Source: a virus. Taken from it: 64,000 nucleotides of DNA. The translations under genes and the position numbers were made by a program. Of the stretch, positions 51,239 through 60,000 are shown piece after piece; positions within the stretch are counted from its first letter, which is position 1; the number at the start of each line of letters is the position of its first letter. Under the pieces are notes generated by a model, which saw nothing but the letters and a program-made list of their open reading frames with translations, made no database searches and had not been told where the DNA came from. The DNA is taken from positions 1 to 64,000 of the IMG/VR virus record IMGVR_UViG_3300033053_000017; one strand, given 5' to 3'.

Positions 51239-51402
51239 TATTTTTCTCCCCCCTTAAATTCCACTTCCTTAAATTCTTTCTGTTCATCTATTAAAATTCT
51301 CATGCAAACTACTACACACTCATTACATATATCAGCATCTTTAGTTATTATCATTCTTTTAACTTGCTTCTCTGTTTTACCGCAAAAACTACATACTTTC
51401 AT
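51238..51402 (-). CDS. Stand-alone ClpX-type C4 zinc-finger protein (54 aa)
   Basis: MKVCSFCGKTEKQVKRMIITKDADICNECVVVCMRIL matches the ClpX N-domain pattern CSFCGK...IC.EC...C. TAATG overlaps at both ends. Below the track cutoff. Confidence 0.5.
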   Translation of the reverse strand: MKVCSFCGKTEKQVKRMIITKDADICNECVVVCMRILIDEQKEFKEVEFKGGEK

Positions 51403-51710
51403 TATTTTTCTTCCCCCTTAACACTCTTAACTTCATATAATTCAAATCTATACTTTTGCCCTGTAGGATTTTCTTTCCCTTCTGGAACTTCTTCATTGAA
51501 CATTTCATAAGGCCTTACATATGCATTGCAATCTCCATATAAAGCTCTATAAACAACCATCATTTTGCCCGTTTCGGTATGTTCTGCAAATTCTAAAACT
51601 AAATATAAATCACCTTTAAAATGCCGAACTACTTTGCCTAAAAAACCGACTGTTCTCATCATTTCTTCAAGTTTTTGTATTCTCTTTTTAAGTTCGGTAT
51701 CTTTGTCCAC
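51402..51710 (-). CDS. DUF1653-like protein
   Basis: RHFKGDLYLVLEFAEHTETGKMMVVYRALYGD...VRPYEMF. Confidence 0.65.
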   Translation of the reverse strand: MDKDTELKKRIQKLEEMMRTVGFLGKVVRHFKGDLYLVLEFAEHTETGKMMVVYRALYGDCNAYVRPYEMFNEEVPEGKENPTGQKYRFELYEVKSVKGEEK

Positions 51711-52259
51711 CTAAACAACCTTCTTTCCTTTTGATTCATTCTTTAACCCTTTTATATCTTCTAAGCAATAAGCATACTTACAGTGTTTCCACTCATAGTC
51801 AGGTTCCATAAAGGGTTCTTCTACGTTGTTCTTGATAAACTCTTTAGCATAATCACAATCACCTTGACATTTACTACAATCTAAACAATTATTTGCTATA
51901 ACAAGTTCACATAAATCATAATAATGAGGTTCTCTTTTAATCATTAATTCTTTTTTAGCTTCATCTATTTTTCTTAACATATTTTCAAAAGCAAATTTAT
52001 CATATACATATACTGCGTAATTTTCCTGTTTATTTTCATAAGCACTTATACCTTTTTTGCTCATTCTTTTCATTACCTTTTGCCATGCTTTTTCTCCCCA
52101 CGTAAGAGACATTTTAAAGCCTTTTCTTTCTTCAGGGGAAAGGTTGCCCCTTCCCTCCCAATTCTTAATAAATTCGTCAAGCATATCCATCAGCTTTCCT
52201 ATTACAGCCATGTCTATTGTTTCTTTAGTGTTAAGGTAATCTTTCAACTTCTTCGACAT
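51711..52259 (-). CDS. Hypothetical protein with a Cys cluster
   Basis: 182 aa with CLDCSKCQGDC. Confidence 0.55.
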   Translation of the reverse strand: MSKKLKDYLNTKETIDMAVIGKLMDMLDEFIKNWEGRGNLSPEERKGFKMSLTWGEKAWQKVMKRMSKKGISAYENKQENYAVYVYDKFAFENMLRKIDEAKKELMIKREPHYYDLCELVIANNCLDCSKCQGDCDYAKEFIKNNVEEPFMEPDYEWKHCKYAYCLEDIKGLKNESKGKKVV

Positions 52260-52275
52260 AATCTATCCCCTTTCT

Positions 52276-52527
52276 TTATTTGTCCTTCAATTCATCCCTG
52301 CACACTTTACAAATACGCTTTTCCTTAAATTCTGTTAACTCTCCAGGCTCCCCACATATAGAACAAGTTGCCTGATACTTTCTGAGTATAATATTTTCAC
52401 CTTCAACCAAAATCTCAAATGGATCATGTGCTTTTACTCCTAATGTCTTACACAAACTCCTAGGAATAACTACCCTACCTAATTCGTCTAATCTGCGGAC
52501 CATGCCAGTACTAACAACCTTTACCAT
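52276..52527 (-). CDS. AbrB/SpoVT-family DNA-binding protein with a C-terminal zinc ribbon
   Basis: GMVRRLDELGRVVIPRSLCKTLGV...ILRKY, followed by CSICGE...CKVC. Confidence 0.8.
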   Translation of the reverse strand: MVKVVSTGMVRRLDELGRVVIPRSLCKTLGVKAHDPFEILVEGENIILRKYQATCSICGEPGELTEFKEKRICKVCRDELKDK

Positions 52528-52960
52528 TTTTAATATCCTCCTTCAACTTTTTATTCTTTTTTCTTATTTTTTGAAGTTCGCCATATTCAATCCAACCATC
52601 TTCATTCCCATACTTTAAGCTTCTAGCTATCCATATAAGCTTTATATTAGGATACAAGCTGTCAAATAGTTTCCTTCTAAGTTCTCCTTGCTGAGTGCTA
52701 AAGCCTTTAACATCTATAAGTTCCTCAGTACCATCTAAATGATAAATTAAGAAGTCTGGTGTATATGTTGTTTCTCTGTGAGTCTTGCCATACTTTTCAA
52801 ACTTAGGTATTAAAACATATTTAGGTTGCAATTCAAAGTTTAATATCTTGCCCTCTGCCTTTAGTTTTAAAAGATATTTATAATACTCTGATTCCTCGTG
52901 ACTATCAAAAGTAATACCGTCCTCAGTTACTTTTTTAGATTTATATTTACTCATATTCAT
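52511..52960 (-). CDS. DUF1064-type PD-(D/E)xK protein (phage resolvase-like)
   Basis: FDSHEESEYYKYLLKLKAEGKI...YTPDFLIYH...ELIDVKG. Confidence 0.65.
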   Translation of the reverse strand: MNMSKYKSKKVTEDGITFDSHEESEYYKYLLKLKAEGKILNFELQPKYVLIPKFEKYGKTHRETTYTPDFLIYHLDGTEELIDVKGFSTQQGELRRKLFDSLYPNIKLIWIARSLKYGNEDGWIEYGELQKIRKKNKKLKEDIKNGKGC

Positions 52961-52966
52961 ACCTCT

Positions 52967-53173
52967 TTACAGTGTAGAAACTATTTTAAGTACTCCCATT
53001 GCTCCTGCTAAAAACATAACTCTATATTTAAACTCAACTCCCTTACTTAGTGCTGGAATCAAGCATCCTGCCGCATAAACTATAGCTGTACCCATTATAA
53101 TTTCTTTACTTATTAACATTAAATTTCCCCCTTTAATCCGCTTAAAATCCAAGCTATTACATCTACTGTCCAT
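52967..53173 (-). CDS. Small membrane protein
   Basis: The likely start is the Met at 53119 (MLISKEII...), overlapping the dcm stop as TAATG. Two hydrophobic segments. Confidence 0.4.
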   Translation of the reverse strand: MDSRCNSLDFKRIKGGNLMLISKEIIMGTAIVYAAGCLIPALSKGVEFKYRVMFLAGAMGVLKIVSTL

Positions 53174-54147
53174 CCATTGCCAATGGCTTTTATTCTATTG
53201 CCATCTGTCATACCTTCAATCTTAGTATAGTTATCAGGTAATGTTTGTAACCTTTCACATTCTAAGGGCGTTAGCTTTCTTATTTGACCATGTATTAATA
53301 CTCCATGCCTATCCTGTGCAGTCAAAGTATAGAATTTTGCATTAGAAGGTTTAAACCGCTGCCCGTTTTGTCTTTTATTAACTCTATCAGGTGTTATACA
53401 AGGCATCCAATAAAGTCCTGTTTTAGCTCCCCATCCACCGCCTAATGCACTTATAGTTACGGATTTATCGTGTATTGTGTATATTCTATTTCCTTGGCTG
53501 TCTGTGCCTATATAAGCTATTTTGCCTTTCTTGGCTTCTATATTGCATATTTCTATAGTTCTATCTGTGCTTATATAATATTTTTCGTCTACTTCATCCT
53601 CAAGTATCTCGTTCAGCATTATTCCTTTATCTTCAGGTTGAACTATTCCTGGTATATTAGTCCAATACAAACGCTTGCGATTTTGTGCCGATAGAAGTGA
53701 ACTATTTATACATATACAATCAACACCCAAGACTGCTGTAATGGTTTCTTTATCACTTTTTTTCATACTTGCCACATTTTCAAATAAAAAATATCTAGGT
53801 TTAACCATTTTCAAAACTCTCACGTATTCCCAAAACAACTTTGATTTTTCACCCATCAAGCCAGTACCATCACCAGCAATACTTAGATTTTGGCATGGAC
53901 TGCCACCTATTAATAAATCTACAGTTCCCAATTCTTTAAGTTTTTCTTGAGTAAGTTTTGCGACGTCACCTAATTGAATTGTATTAGGATAATTCTTTTG
54001 TGCTATCTTCATAGCATTTTTATCAATTTCACTGGCATAATACTTATCAACCTTTATTCCTGCCCTTTCCAGTGCCACCATTCCGCAACTTATGCCATCG
54101 AACAATGAAAGTACCTTTATTTTTTTCATGCAACCCCATCCCATCAA
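53119..54147 (-). CDS. DNA (cytosine-5) methyltransferase
   Basis: Motif I LSLFDGISCG, motif IV GGSPCQNLS, motif VI FLFENV, and the C-terminal TLPDNYT and GNGWTV. Confidence 0.9.
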   Translation of the reverse strand: MMGWGCMKKIKVLSLFDGISCGMVALERAGIKVDKYYASEIDKNAMKIAQKNYPNTIQLGDVAKLTQEKLKELGTVDLLIGGSPCQNLSIAGDGTGLMGEKSKLFWEYVRVLKMVKPRYFLFENVASMKKSDKETITAVLGVDCICINSSLLSAQNRKRLYWTNIPGIVQPEDKGIMLNEILEDEVDEKYYISTDRTIEICNIEAKKGKIAYIGTDSQGNRIYTIHDKSVTISALGGGWGAKTGLYWMPCITPDRVNKRQNGQRFKPSNAKFYTLTAQDRHGVLIHGQIRKLTPLECERLQTLPDNYTKIEGMTDGNRIKAIGNGWTVDVIAWILSGLKGEI

Positions 54148-54148
54148 A

Positions 54149-54676
54149 TTAATAATTTGTTTTCTGCCTAATTATATTGGTTCTATTTTTTTCTCCATAC
54201 GCCGCTTTGATCTCTTGCACTGTATACTGCATCGTCTTAGCTATATCAAACAATGCCAAGAAACATTTAAAGTAATATTTCTCTATATTGTGTTTAGGTT
54301 CCCTATTAACGGACCAGTATTTCCAGGACCTCACCGCATTACAGAAGTCACTGAATTTCACATTAAAATTTAATATTGCATCCGAGTAATTATTTTCGAT
54401 ACTTTGTGCATATAATATATTAATATCATGTTTTTCGATACACTCACTTATATTAACCGCAAGTCCACAGCTTAAAAGGAAGTGCAAGCAATCTATAAAT
54501 TCTTCCTTTTTGAGATCGTGGTCTTTTTCTTTTACAAACTCTCCAATCTCCACGCTTACTGAAAGTAATCTTTGATTTATAAGCTGTCTATGTGTAATTT
54601 CTTTTCCAACTCTTTCACATAAATTCTTTACGATTAGATCATCTAGTTTTGCCTGTTTCTCAAATAGTTTTTTCAT
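54149..54676 (-). CDS. Dimeric (all-alpha) dUTPase-like protein
   Basis: KQAKLDDLI...VEIGEFVKE...EFIDCLHFLLSCG...WKYW...YGEKNRTNIIRQ fits the phage dUTPase_2 family from memory. Confidence 0.7.
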   Translation of the reverse strand: MKKLFEKQAKLDDLIVKNLCERVGKEITHRQLINQRLLSVSVEIGEFVKEKDHDLKKEEFIDCLHFLLSCGLAVNISECIEKHDINILYAQSIENNYSDAILNFNVKFSDFCNAVRSWKYWSVNREPKHNIEKYYFKCFLALFDIAKTMQYTVQEIKAAYGEKNRTNIIRQKTNY

Positions 54677-54681
54677 TTTAT

Positions 54682-55140
54682 TTATCTCCCTTCGTTGCTT
54701 CTGTATATTACAACCATACTTGGGAATGGTGCTGCATTTTTAGAATTACCAAATTTCAATCTGCCACGAATAAACCTAATTTCTGACTTATGGTATATAT
54801 AGTCATGAAAATATTTTGTATCTGTCCTGGCTGGTATCAGCATTACAATTACCTTAGCAGGTTTCAAGCCCATAGATTCATAAAAACATTTTTCCACCCA
54901 TTTTTTTAATTCTCTACCATAAGGAGGGTTGCAAAATACTATTTCATTTTTCCATGTCTGTTTTAGTCCATCATCTTCTATGGTAAAATATCTGCTACAT
55001 TTAGCATTTTCCTTTGTTGCACAAGCATCAAGTGTAAAATGGAACTCTTTGTCTAGTTCATTAAAAAAGTCTTGCGGTGTTGCCCATTCGCTGCTTTTAC
55101 TGCTAAACATTAATTCAGTATTCATCTTACTTTTTGTCAC
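54682..55140 (-). CDS. Phage-type DNA N6-adenine methyltransferase
   Basis: EWATPQDFF..EFHFTLDACA and catalytic NPPYG. The likely ATG start is at 55125; the track start is GTG. Confidence 0.8.
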   Translation of the reverse strand: MTKSKMNTELMFSSKSSEWATPQDFFNELDKEFHFTLDACATKENAKCSRYFTIEDDGLKQTWKNEIVFCNPPYGRELKKWVEKCFYESMGLKPAKVIVMLIPARTDTKYFHDYIYHKSEIRFIRGRLKFGNSKNAAPFPSMVVIYRSNEGR

Positions 55141-55264
55141 CTCTTATTCTAATTAGCCAAGGTCTTTCTAAATCCTTATCAGCTTTTGAAGCTGCTTTAC
55201 ACATTGCCCATACTATAAAGTCAATTATTAATGCAATTCCGCATACAATTAATACTAATTTCAA
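55127..55264 (-). CDS. Small membrane protein (45 aa, TTG start)
   Basis: AAGGAAGGGA SD. Sequence KLVLIVCGIALIIDFIVWAMC... Below the track cutoff. Confidence 0.35.
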   Translation of the reverse strand: MKLVLIVCGIALIIDFIVWAMCKAASKADKDLERPWLIRIRGDKK

Positions 55265-55282
55265 TTATCATCCCTTCCTTTG

Positions 55283-55495
55283 CTACAAGCTCTTTCTGAC
55301 TTTAACTACCTGTCGTAGTACCTCGCACTCTACATGTGCCACACAACACACCAATTCACAAAATTCAGACTTTATAAAGTATTCTGCATCCATTCTTTGC
55401 AATTCAGATTTACTTTTCATGTCTGCAGCTGCTTGTTTAAGTATTGCACTTGCTAATAGTTTCATTACCTCACTTTCCTGAATAAATTGATACAT
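55283..55495 (-). CDS. Hypothetical protein (70 aa)
   Basis: Co-directional ORF. Confidence 0.45.
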   Translation of the reverse strand: MYQFIQESEVMKLLASAILKQAAADMKSKSELQRMDAEYFIKSEFCELVCCVAHVECEVLRQVVKVRKSL

Positions 55496-55515
55496 TTTGC
55501 ATCACCAACTTTAGT

Positions 55516-56109
55516 TTATTTAAGGCTTTCATAAAATTTTGAATACTGATCTATATAATCCCATCTATCAATGTATTGGTTGTATTTTAAATTTCTTCCT
55601 AAATTCAATGACGTCTGCTTTAATTTGTTGCCTGGTATAATTAAAGTTTTTTCTACATTATCCGTTTCGTCTAATAGTAATATCAAATATAGATCACATG
55701 TAGCATACTTTTTATTTAAACCGACCACATAAATTCTTTCACCGTTATACACAGGCCTAGCCGCTTTAACATCAATGCTTATATTGTTGTTTACTAATAA
55801 ATCAAACGGATATTTAGTTGTCATTCTTATAATCTCGTATCCTCTCTGATTTAGCATTTTAATAGCTACTTCTTCAAAGCCTTTTCCAGTTTGGGTTTCA
55901 CTTTTTTTAATTGATAGTCCCATTTTTTTAGACCATTTATACAGCCCACCTCTACGCCTAATTGCATTACTTAATCCGCTGCTTTTTAAAACTTGTATTA
56001 TTTCAGTATTACTAGGCATCCTATCAATGTTTAAAGCCGAAACAACTTCAAGTATCTTATTCCTAATTTCAGTATCATTCCACTGAACACCAATGTTGTT
56101 ATAACCCAT
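55516..56109 (-). CDS. PD-(D/E)xK nuclease-fold protein (resolvase/endonuclease-like)
   Basis: GKGFEEVAIKML...YPFDLLV...ISIDVKAA gives an E...D...D-x-K arrangement. Lies next to ssb. Confidence 0.45.
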   Translation of the reverse strand: MGYNNIGVQWNDTEIRNKILEVVSALNIDRMPSNTEIIQVLKSSGLSNAIRRRGGLYKWSKKMGLSIKKSETQTGKGFEEVAIKMLNQRGYEIIRMTTKYPFDLLVNNNISIDVKAARPVYNGERIYVVGLNKKYATCDLYLILLLDETDNVEKTLIIPGNKLKQTSLNLGRNLKYNQYIDRWDYIDQYSKFYESLK

Positions 56110-56127
56110 ATAAATTCCCCCTTTTGC

Positions 56128-56553
56128 TTAGAATGGGATCGGATCCCCATCGTCCACTGGTGTTATATCCGCATTAAATCCTTCTGTATTTCCTTCACTG
56201 TTTCCTGCTGCTGGTGTGTTGTTATTGCTGGATTTTTTCTCATTCATAAAATCAACTTCTTCAGCCACAACCTCAGTTACATACACCGTTTTATCCTCTT
56301 TGTTTTTATATGTCCTGGTTTGTATTCTTCCTACAATTCCTATCTTATCGCCTTTAGAGCCACAATAATTAGCTGTACTTTCCGCTTGCTTTCCCCAAAT
56401 TACTATGCCAATAAAATCTGCTGATTGTTCTCCCTCTTTTTTAAACCTTCTATCTACTGCAATAGTTCCTGTCAACACTGCTGTACCATTACCACTTGTA
56501 AATTTTAGTTCTGTGTCTTTTACCCAACGACCTACTAATATTGATTTATTCAT
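56128..56553 (-). CDS. ssb: Single-stranded DNA-binding protein
   Basis: OB-fold N-terminus (MNKSILVGRWVKDTELKFT), a Gly/Asn-rich linker, and the acidic tail DDGDPIPF. Confidence 0.9.
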   Translation of the reverse strand: MNKSILVGRWVKDTELKFTSGNGTAVLTGTIAVDRRFKKEGEQSADFIGIVIWGKQAESTANYCGSKGDKIGIVGRIQTRTYKNKEDKTVYVTEVVAEEVDFMNEKKSSNNNTPAAGNSEGNTEGFNADITPVDDGDPIPF

Positions 56554-56758
56554 TTGTCAATACCTCCTCTTCTTCTAAAACCATTCCACTTATGTGATTA
56601 ATAGCTATTACGCTTTCAATCATTCTAATGCCATTTGCAAAACATTCGCTTGTCATTGTTCCATCTTCCTTTTCTTTAAATCCTACCAACACATAACTTT
56701 CAAAATCTTCGACTTTCCCATCTTCACTTAATATCATAACTTTGCTCATATTTGACAC
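56546..56758 (-). CDS. Hypothetical protein (70 aa)
   Basis: Overlaps the ssb start by 8 nt. Confidence 0.5.
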   Translation of the reverse strand: MSNMSKVMILSEDGKVEDFESYVLVGFKEKEDGTMTSECFANGIRMIESVIAINHISGMVLEEEEVLTNE

Positions 56759-56763
56759 GCTCC

Positions 56764-57063
56764 TTACGCTATTATTTTAATTCTTCCTTGCAAAAAGTCT
56801 GCAAACCCAAAACTTTCTTTTCTGCTTGACGTCCTAATTACGACAAGAAAGTCTGTAATTTGTATAACTGTCCCTTCAACAATTCTGATCGGTGTTTTCT
56901 TGCTGTCTTCCTTAACTCTCAGCTTAGTCCTTTTGTCCTTCTCGAATTGCTCTTTTACAGTGTGCATATATCTAGTTTTTAATCTTCCTTCTAATTCGTT
57001 AGTAGATTCCTTCTGTCCTGTAGCTACTTTTTTGTACTTAGTTTTACCGACATATTTGCTCAA
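56764..57063 (-). CDS. Hypothetical protein (99 aa, TTG start)
   Basis: TAGGAGG SD before the TTG. Confidence 0.5.
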   Translation of the reverse strand: MSKYVGKTKYKKVATGQKESTNELEGRLKTRYMHTVKEQFEKDKRTKLRVKEDSKKTPIRIVEGTVIQITDFLVVIRTSSRKESFGFADFLQGRIKIIA

Positions 57064-57083
57064 TTTAAAAACCTCCTAAACTC

Positions 57084-57112
57084 ATTATATATTTAAATCA
57101 CGTTTAAATCAC
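57084..57112 (-). promoter_or_regulatory. Promoter with a tandem GTGATTTAAA operator-like repeat
   Basis: Minus-strand TATAAT at 57084-57089. GTGATTTAAA occurs twice at an 11-bp period (plus strand 57092-57101 and 57103-57112), covering the -35 region. Confidence 0.4.
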
Positions 57113-57191
57113 TTCTAAGCCATTTTAATTCTAAGACAACCTAGACTATTCCTTCGAGTGTTTCTTGCTTTCTGTGTGGCTGTATGGTTTG

Positions 57192-57710
57192 TTAAACAGC
57201 ATTTACTTTCACACCATCAAAGTATTTCGTATATTCGTTTCCGTTTATAACTTTAAACCTTGTTATTGTGCTACTTGTTTTTTGCCTTCCTGGTTTTCTC
57301 ATTTTAACACCAAGTTTTTTAAGATAAGTATTCATGGTAGATACACAACATCCATATTTCTTAGCCAGGTCCTTTGATAAGGCTCCTTTGTTGTATGCTT
57401 TTATGATTTCTTCACCATTTGCATACATCATAGACTTAAATCCTTCTTGGTCTAAATTAGCTACGGAATTTTTTATATATTCTATTTGTTCTTTTAGAGA
57501 TACATTAATTTCTAATCTAGATTTTCCCTTGACTTGTTTTCCTGCGATGTGTGCTGCTGCGATAAGATCTTTTACTGTGGTTTCTGCTGCAATTGGTCCA
57601 TTGAATTGTAATTTGTGTATGTAGTAATTCATTAATTCTTCTTTTGTAACGACTTTTGGTAGTGCTGGTTTTAGTGCTTCGGCTACTAGGACTATATATC
57701 TTTCGCTCAT
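57192..57710 (-). CDS. HTH protein (sigma-70 region-4-like C-terminus)
   Basis: ALSKDLAKKYGCCVSTMNTYLKKLGV. Confidence 0.5.
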   Translation of the reverse strand: MSERYIVLVAEALKPALPKVVTKEELMNYYIHKLQFNGPIAAETTVKDLIAAAHIAGKQVKGKSRLEINVSLKEQIEYIKNSVANLDQEGFKSMMYANGEEIIKAYNKGALSKDLAKKYGCCVSTMNTYLKKLGVKMRKPGRQKTSSTITRFKVINGNEYTKYFDGVKVNAV

Positions 57711-57991
57711 TTTTCATATCTCCCCCTTGGTTTAGCTGGAAGATCCATTCTTTTAAGAAACTCTTTAACTGTAAATCTAGTGCATTTATAAATTTTTCCT
57801 ATGTCTGCAAGTGACATATTTTGTTCGTAGTAGTAAGCTTTAACAATTTCCTTTTGATCATCTTCAATCAGGTGTTTAAGCTTAACAGGTGCATCAATCC
57901 CTATTTCTTTTAATGCTGCTTCAGGCTCTAAGTTTTTAACTATACTCACTACTAAAGCATAAGCATTTTCTTTAACTATTTCCCCTTTCAT
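57707..57991 (-). CDS. HTH protein (sigma-70 region-4-like)
   Basis: MSLADIGKIYKCTRFTVKEFLKRM. Confidence 0.5.
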   Translation of the reverse strand: MKGEIVKENAYALVVSIVKNLEPEAALKEIGIDAPVKLKHLIEDDQKEIVKAYYYEQNMSLADIGKIYKCTRFTVKEFLKRMDLPAKPRGRYEK

Positions 57992-58157
57992 CTTCTTCTT
58001 TCCCCCAATAAAATAGGATCATAATATTTCCGCTTCTTTGCTTTATGTCAAATACATTATGTGTCTTTTGAAACTCTGTGGCCTTTTGGTCTACTTCTTC
58101 TGCTGTGGCTCCTGTTATGAATTTTACTTTCTTTTCGTAGGTTTCATAGTTTTCCAT
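57972..58157 (-). CDS. Hypothetical protein (61 aa)
   Basis: Co-directional ORF. Confidence 0.45.
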   Translation of the reverse strand: MENYETYEKKVKFITGATAEEVDQKATEFQKTHNVFDIKQRSGNIMILFYWGKEEDERGNS

Positions 58158-58167
58158 AGCTACACCT

Positions 58168-58968
58168 CTACAACCTATAATTATTTTCTCTGCCTATAAT
58201 CTCGCAAGAATAATCCTTAGACATTTCGTAGATTCTACTGGCTGTTGCTTCGTCTTTGTCTAATAGTTTGTCTATTGCAAACTCTGTGCTTATAATCATA
58301 GGTAATCTTTTTAAGTATCTATAGTTGATTATCTCAAACATGATATTTATATCTGTTTCTGTAATCTTGCCTTTGAATAAATCATCTATGAATAATACTT
58401 CTGCTTTTTTATATTTACCTACTTCTTTTTGATAAAATTCTTCGTCACACATATTTTGCTTTAGCCCTGTAATAACTTCTCTATAACTCATATACACTAC
58501 GCCTATTCCTTTACTAAGTAAATTTAGGCTAGTTGCTATACAAAGATGCGTTTTGCCGCTCCCAGGCTGGCCCATAAAAAGTAGTGAGTTTACTCTATCT
58601 GTTTTGGCCTTTTGAAAGTTTTTAGTGTAATTATAAGCTATACCTTTTGCTTTCTTTGCTATATCACTAATTTCTTTAAAAGTTTTGAACGTCTTTTCTT
58701 TACTGTCCGGATTAAAGCCTGATCTCTCCCACTTCTTTTTAATTTGGTTTATAGTGTAGCAGGAACATCTGCTCATTACCTCATAACCTTCTTCATCTAC
58801 TTTTGAAACCCATCCAGTATCGTTACAGATGTTACATGATGTCTGGGTCGTTAAAGTCAAAGTCTCCTTCTTTGAACTCGTGTTCTTTGATTTTAAAGTC
58901 CGCCCATTTTCCTTGGCCTTGGCTTGTATTCTGTTTACTATTGAACTTATTCTGTCCGTTGTTATCAT
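58168..58968 (-). CDS. DnaC/IstB-like AAA+ helicase loader with an N-terminal zinc-binding motif
   Basis: Walker A GQPGSGKTHL, Walker B VLFIDDL, and CNICNDTGW...SRCSC. The start is uncertain because the track ORF overlaps the organizer gene by 137 nt. Confidence 0.8.
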   Translation of the reverse strand: MITTDRISSIVNRIQAKAKENGRTLKSKNTSSKKETLTLTTQTSCNICNDTGWVSKVDEEGYEVMSRCSCYTINQIKKKWERSGFNPDSKEKTFKTFKEISDIAKKAKGIAYNYTKNFQKAKTDRVNSLLFMGQPGSGKTHLCIATSLNLLSKGIGVVYMSYREVITGLKQNMCDEEFYQKEVGKYKKAEVLFIDDLFKGKITETDINIMFEIINYRYLKRLPMIISTEFAIDKLLDKDEATASRIYEMSKDYSCEIIGRENNYRL

Positions 58969-59632
58969 CCCCCTTTAGTGGGAAAACCCCCTGCCAGCTA
59001 TTAACAATGCTTTGATTTAATATTTCTATTTGAATATTTTCATCATTGCTAAGTTTTTCTAATTTACTCAGCATTAAGTCAATTGCTTTTTCAGTCATTG
59101 GCTTTTTAATTGTTTTCCTCATTTTAATAAAATCTTTTATAGTTTCATCTAATAAAGAATTTTCACTATATATATTTTTCTTATTATCATTATTATCATT
59201 ATTATCATTATTATCATTATTGTTTGTGTCTTTTTTTGGTTTTTTTATGGTCTTTTTATGGTCTTCTTGTGGTTTTTCTGTGGTTTTTTCTTGGTTTTCC
59301 AAACCTTGATAAATGTTGTAGTTTACTATGGTTATGGTGGTTTTTTTCTTGTCACTATTTTTAATTATCATGTTATCATCTTGAAGTAATTTTAAAAAAC
59401 TTCTTAATTTAGTTTTAGACCATCCCCACCGCTCCATAAGCTTTAGTTCTGAAGTTACAAAACTTCCTCTAGGTATTAAAATGAGTTCATTACCTAATTT
59501 AACTTTATTTTCTTGGTGATTAGCACTTAATATTAAATCTAGCCACGCATGAGTTTTATCAAATGGTTTATCATCCCAAATCCAACTTTCCCTAATTCGT
59601 CTATGAACACTTATCCATCCCTCTTGTGACAT
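58832..59632 (-). CDS. Replisome organizer / DnaD-like replication initiation protein
   Basis: N-terminal WISVHRRIRESWIW...AWLDLILSAN...GSFVTSELKLMERWGWSKTKLRSFLKLL winged-helix pattern. Lies directly upstream of the DnaC-like gene. Confidence 0.6.
   Translation of the reverse strand: MSQEGWISVHRRIRESWIWDDKPFDKTHAWLDLILSANHQENKVKLGNELILIPRGSFVTSELKLMERWGWSKTKLRSFLKLLQDDNMIIKNSDKKKTTITIVNYNIYQGLENQEKTTEKPQEDHKKTIKKPKKDTNNNDNNDNNDNNDNKKNIYSENSLLDETIKDFIKMRKTIKKPMTEKAIDLMLSKLEKLSNDENIQIEILNQSIVNSWQGVFPLKGDDNNGQNKFNSKQNTSQGQGKWADFKIKEHEFKEGDFDFNDPDIM
59181..59300. repeat. 9-bp tandem repeat (TTATCATTA x4) followed by phased T-tracts inside the organizer gene; candidate origin
   Basis: Read directly. 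The repeats span 59181-59222. TGGT(T/C)TTTT recurs about every 10-11 bp across 59228-59300. Confidence 0.6.
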
Positions 59633-59648
59633 ATCACCTCACCTACTT

Positions 59649-59837
59649 TTATTTTTCAGTTCTTCTAATATGGGTTTCATATCCTGCTTCGATAAATCTT
59701 TTAGCTACTTTTAAAAGTTCTACACAGTCTTCATCGTAAATTGTTATGGCTGGAAAAACTTCATTTTCATTTGCTTCATTTGCTTCGATGCTCAGTTCGT
59801 ATTCATACATTTCGTTATTCCTCCTCCCTCTTTTCAT
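59649..59837 (-). CDS. Hypothetical protein (62 aa)
   Basis: Co-directional ORF. Confidence 0.45.
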   Translation of the reverse strand: MKRGRRNNEMYEYELSIEANEANENEVFPAITIYDEDCVELLKVAKRFIEAGYETHIRRTEK

Positions 59838-60000
59838 TCTGTTCCTGTCTCCATTGCTCCACTTCTTCAGCGTTAAATCTTACTAAGTTTCCGATCCTAG
59901 TACATGGCAAACCTTTGCTTGATGCCCAATAATAAACTGTTCTCTTAGGAACTTTGAAGTTCTTTGCTACATCCTCTGCTGTTAAATTGTACTCTTTCAT
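59815..60000 (-). CDS. Excisionase-type (HTH_17-like) DNA-binding protein
   Basis: LTAEDVAKNFKVPKRTVYYWASSKGLPCTRIGNLVRF. First gene after a strong promoter. Confidence 0.6.
   Translation of the reverse strand: MKEYNLTAEDVAKNFKVPKRTVYYWASSKGLPCTRIGNLVRFNAEEVEQWRQEQNEKREEE

Noticed and set aside
58832-58968. The 137-nt overlap between the organizer and DnaC-like ORFs as evidence of a frameshift or fusion.
   Set aside because: Both frames are open and both proteins look complete. The loader needs its CNIC...CSC zinc motif, which starts inside the overlap. The loader start codon is simply uncertain.
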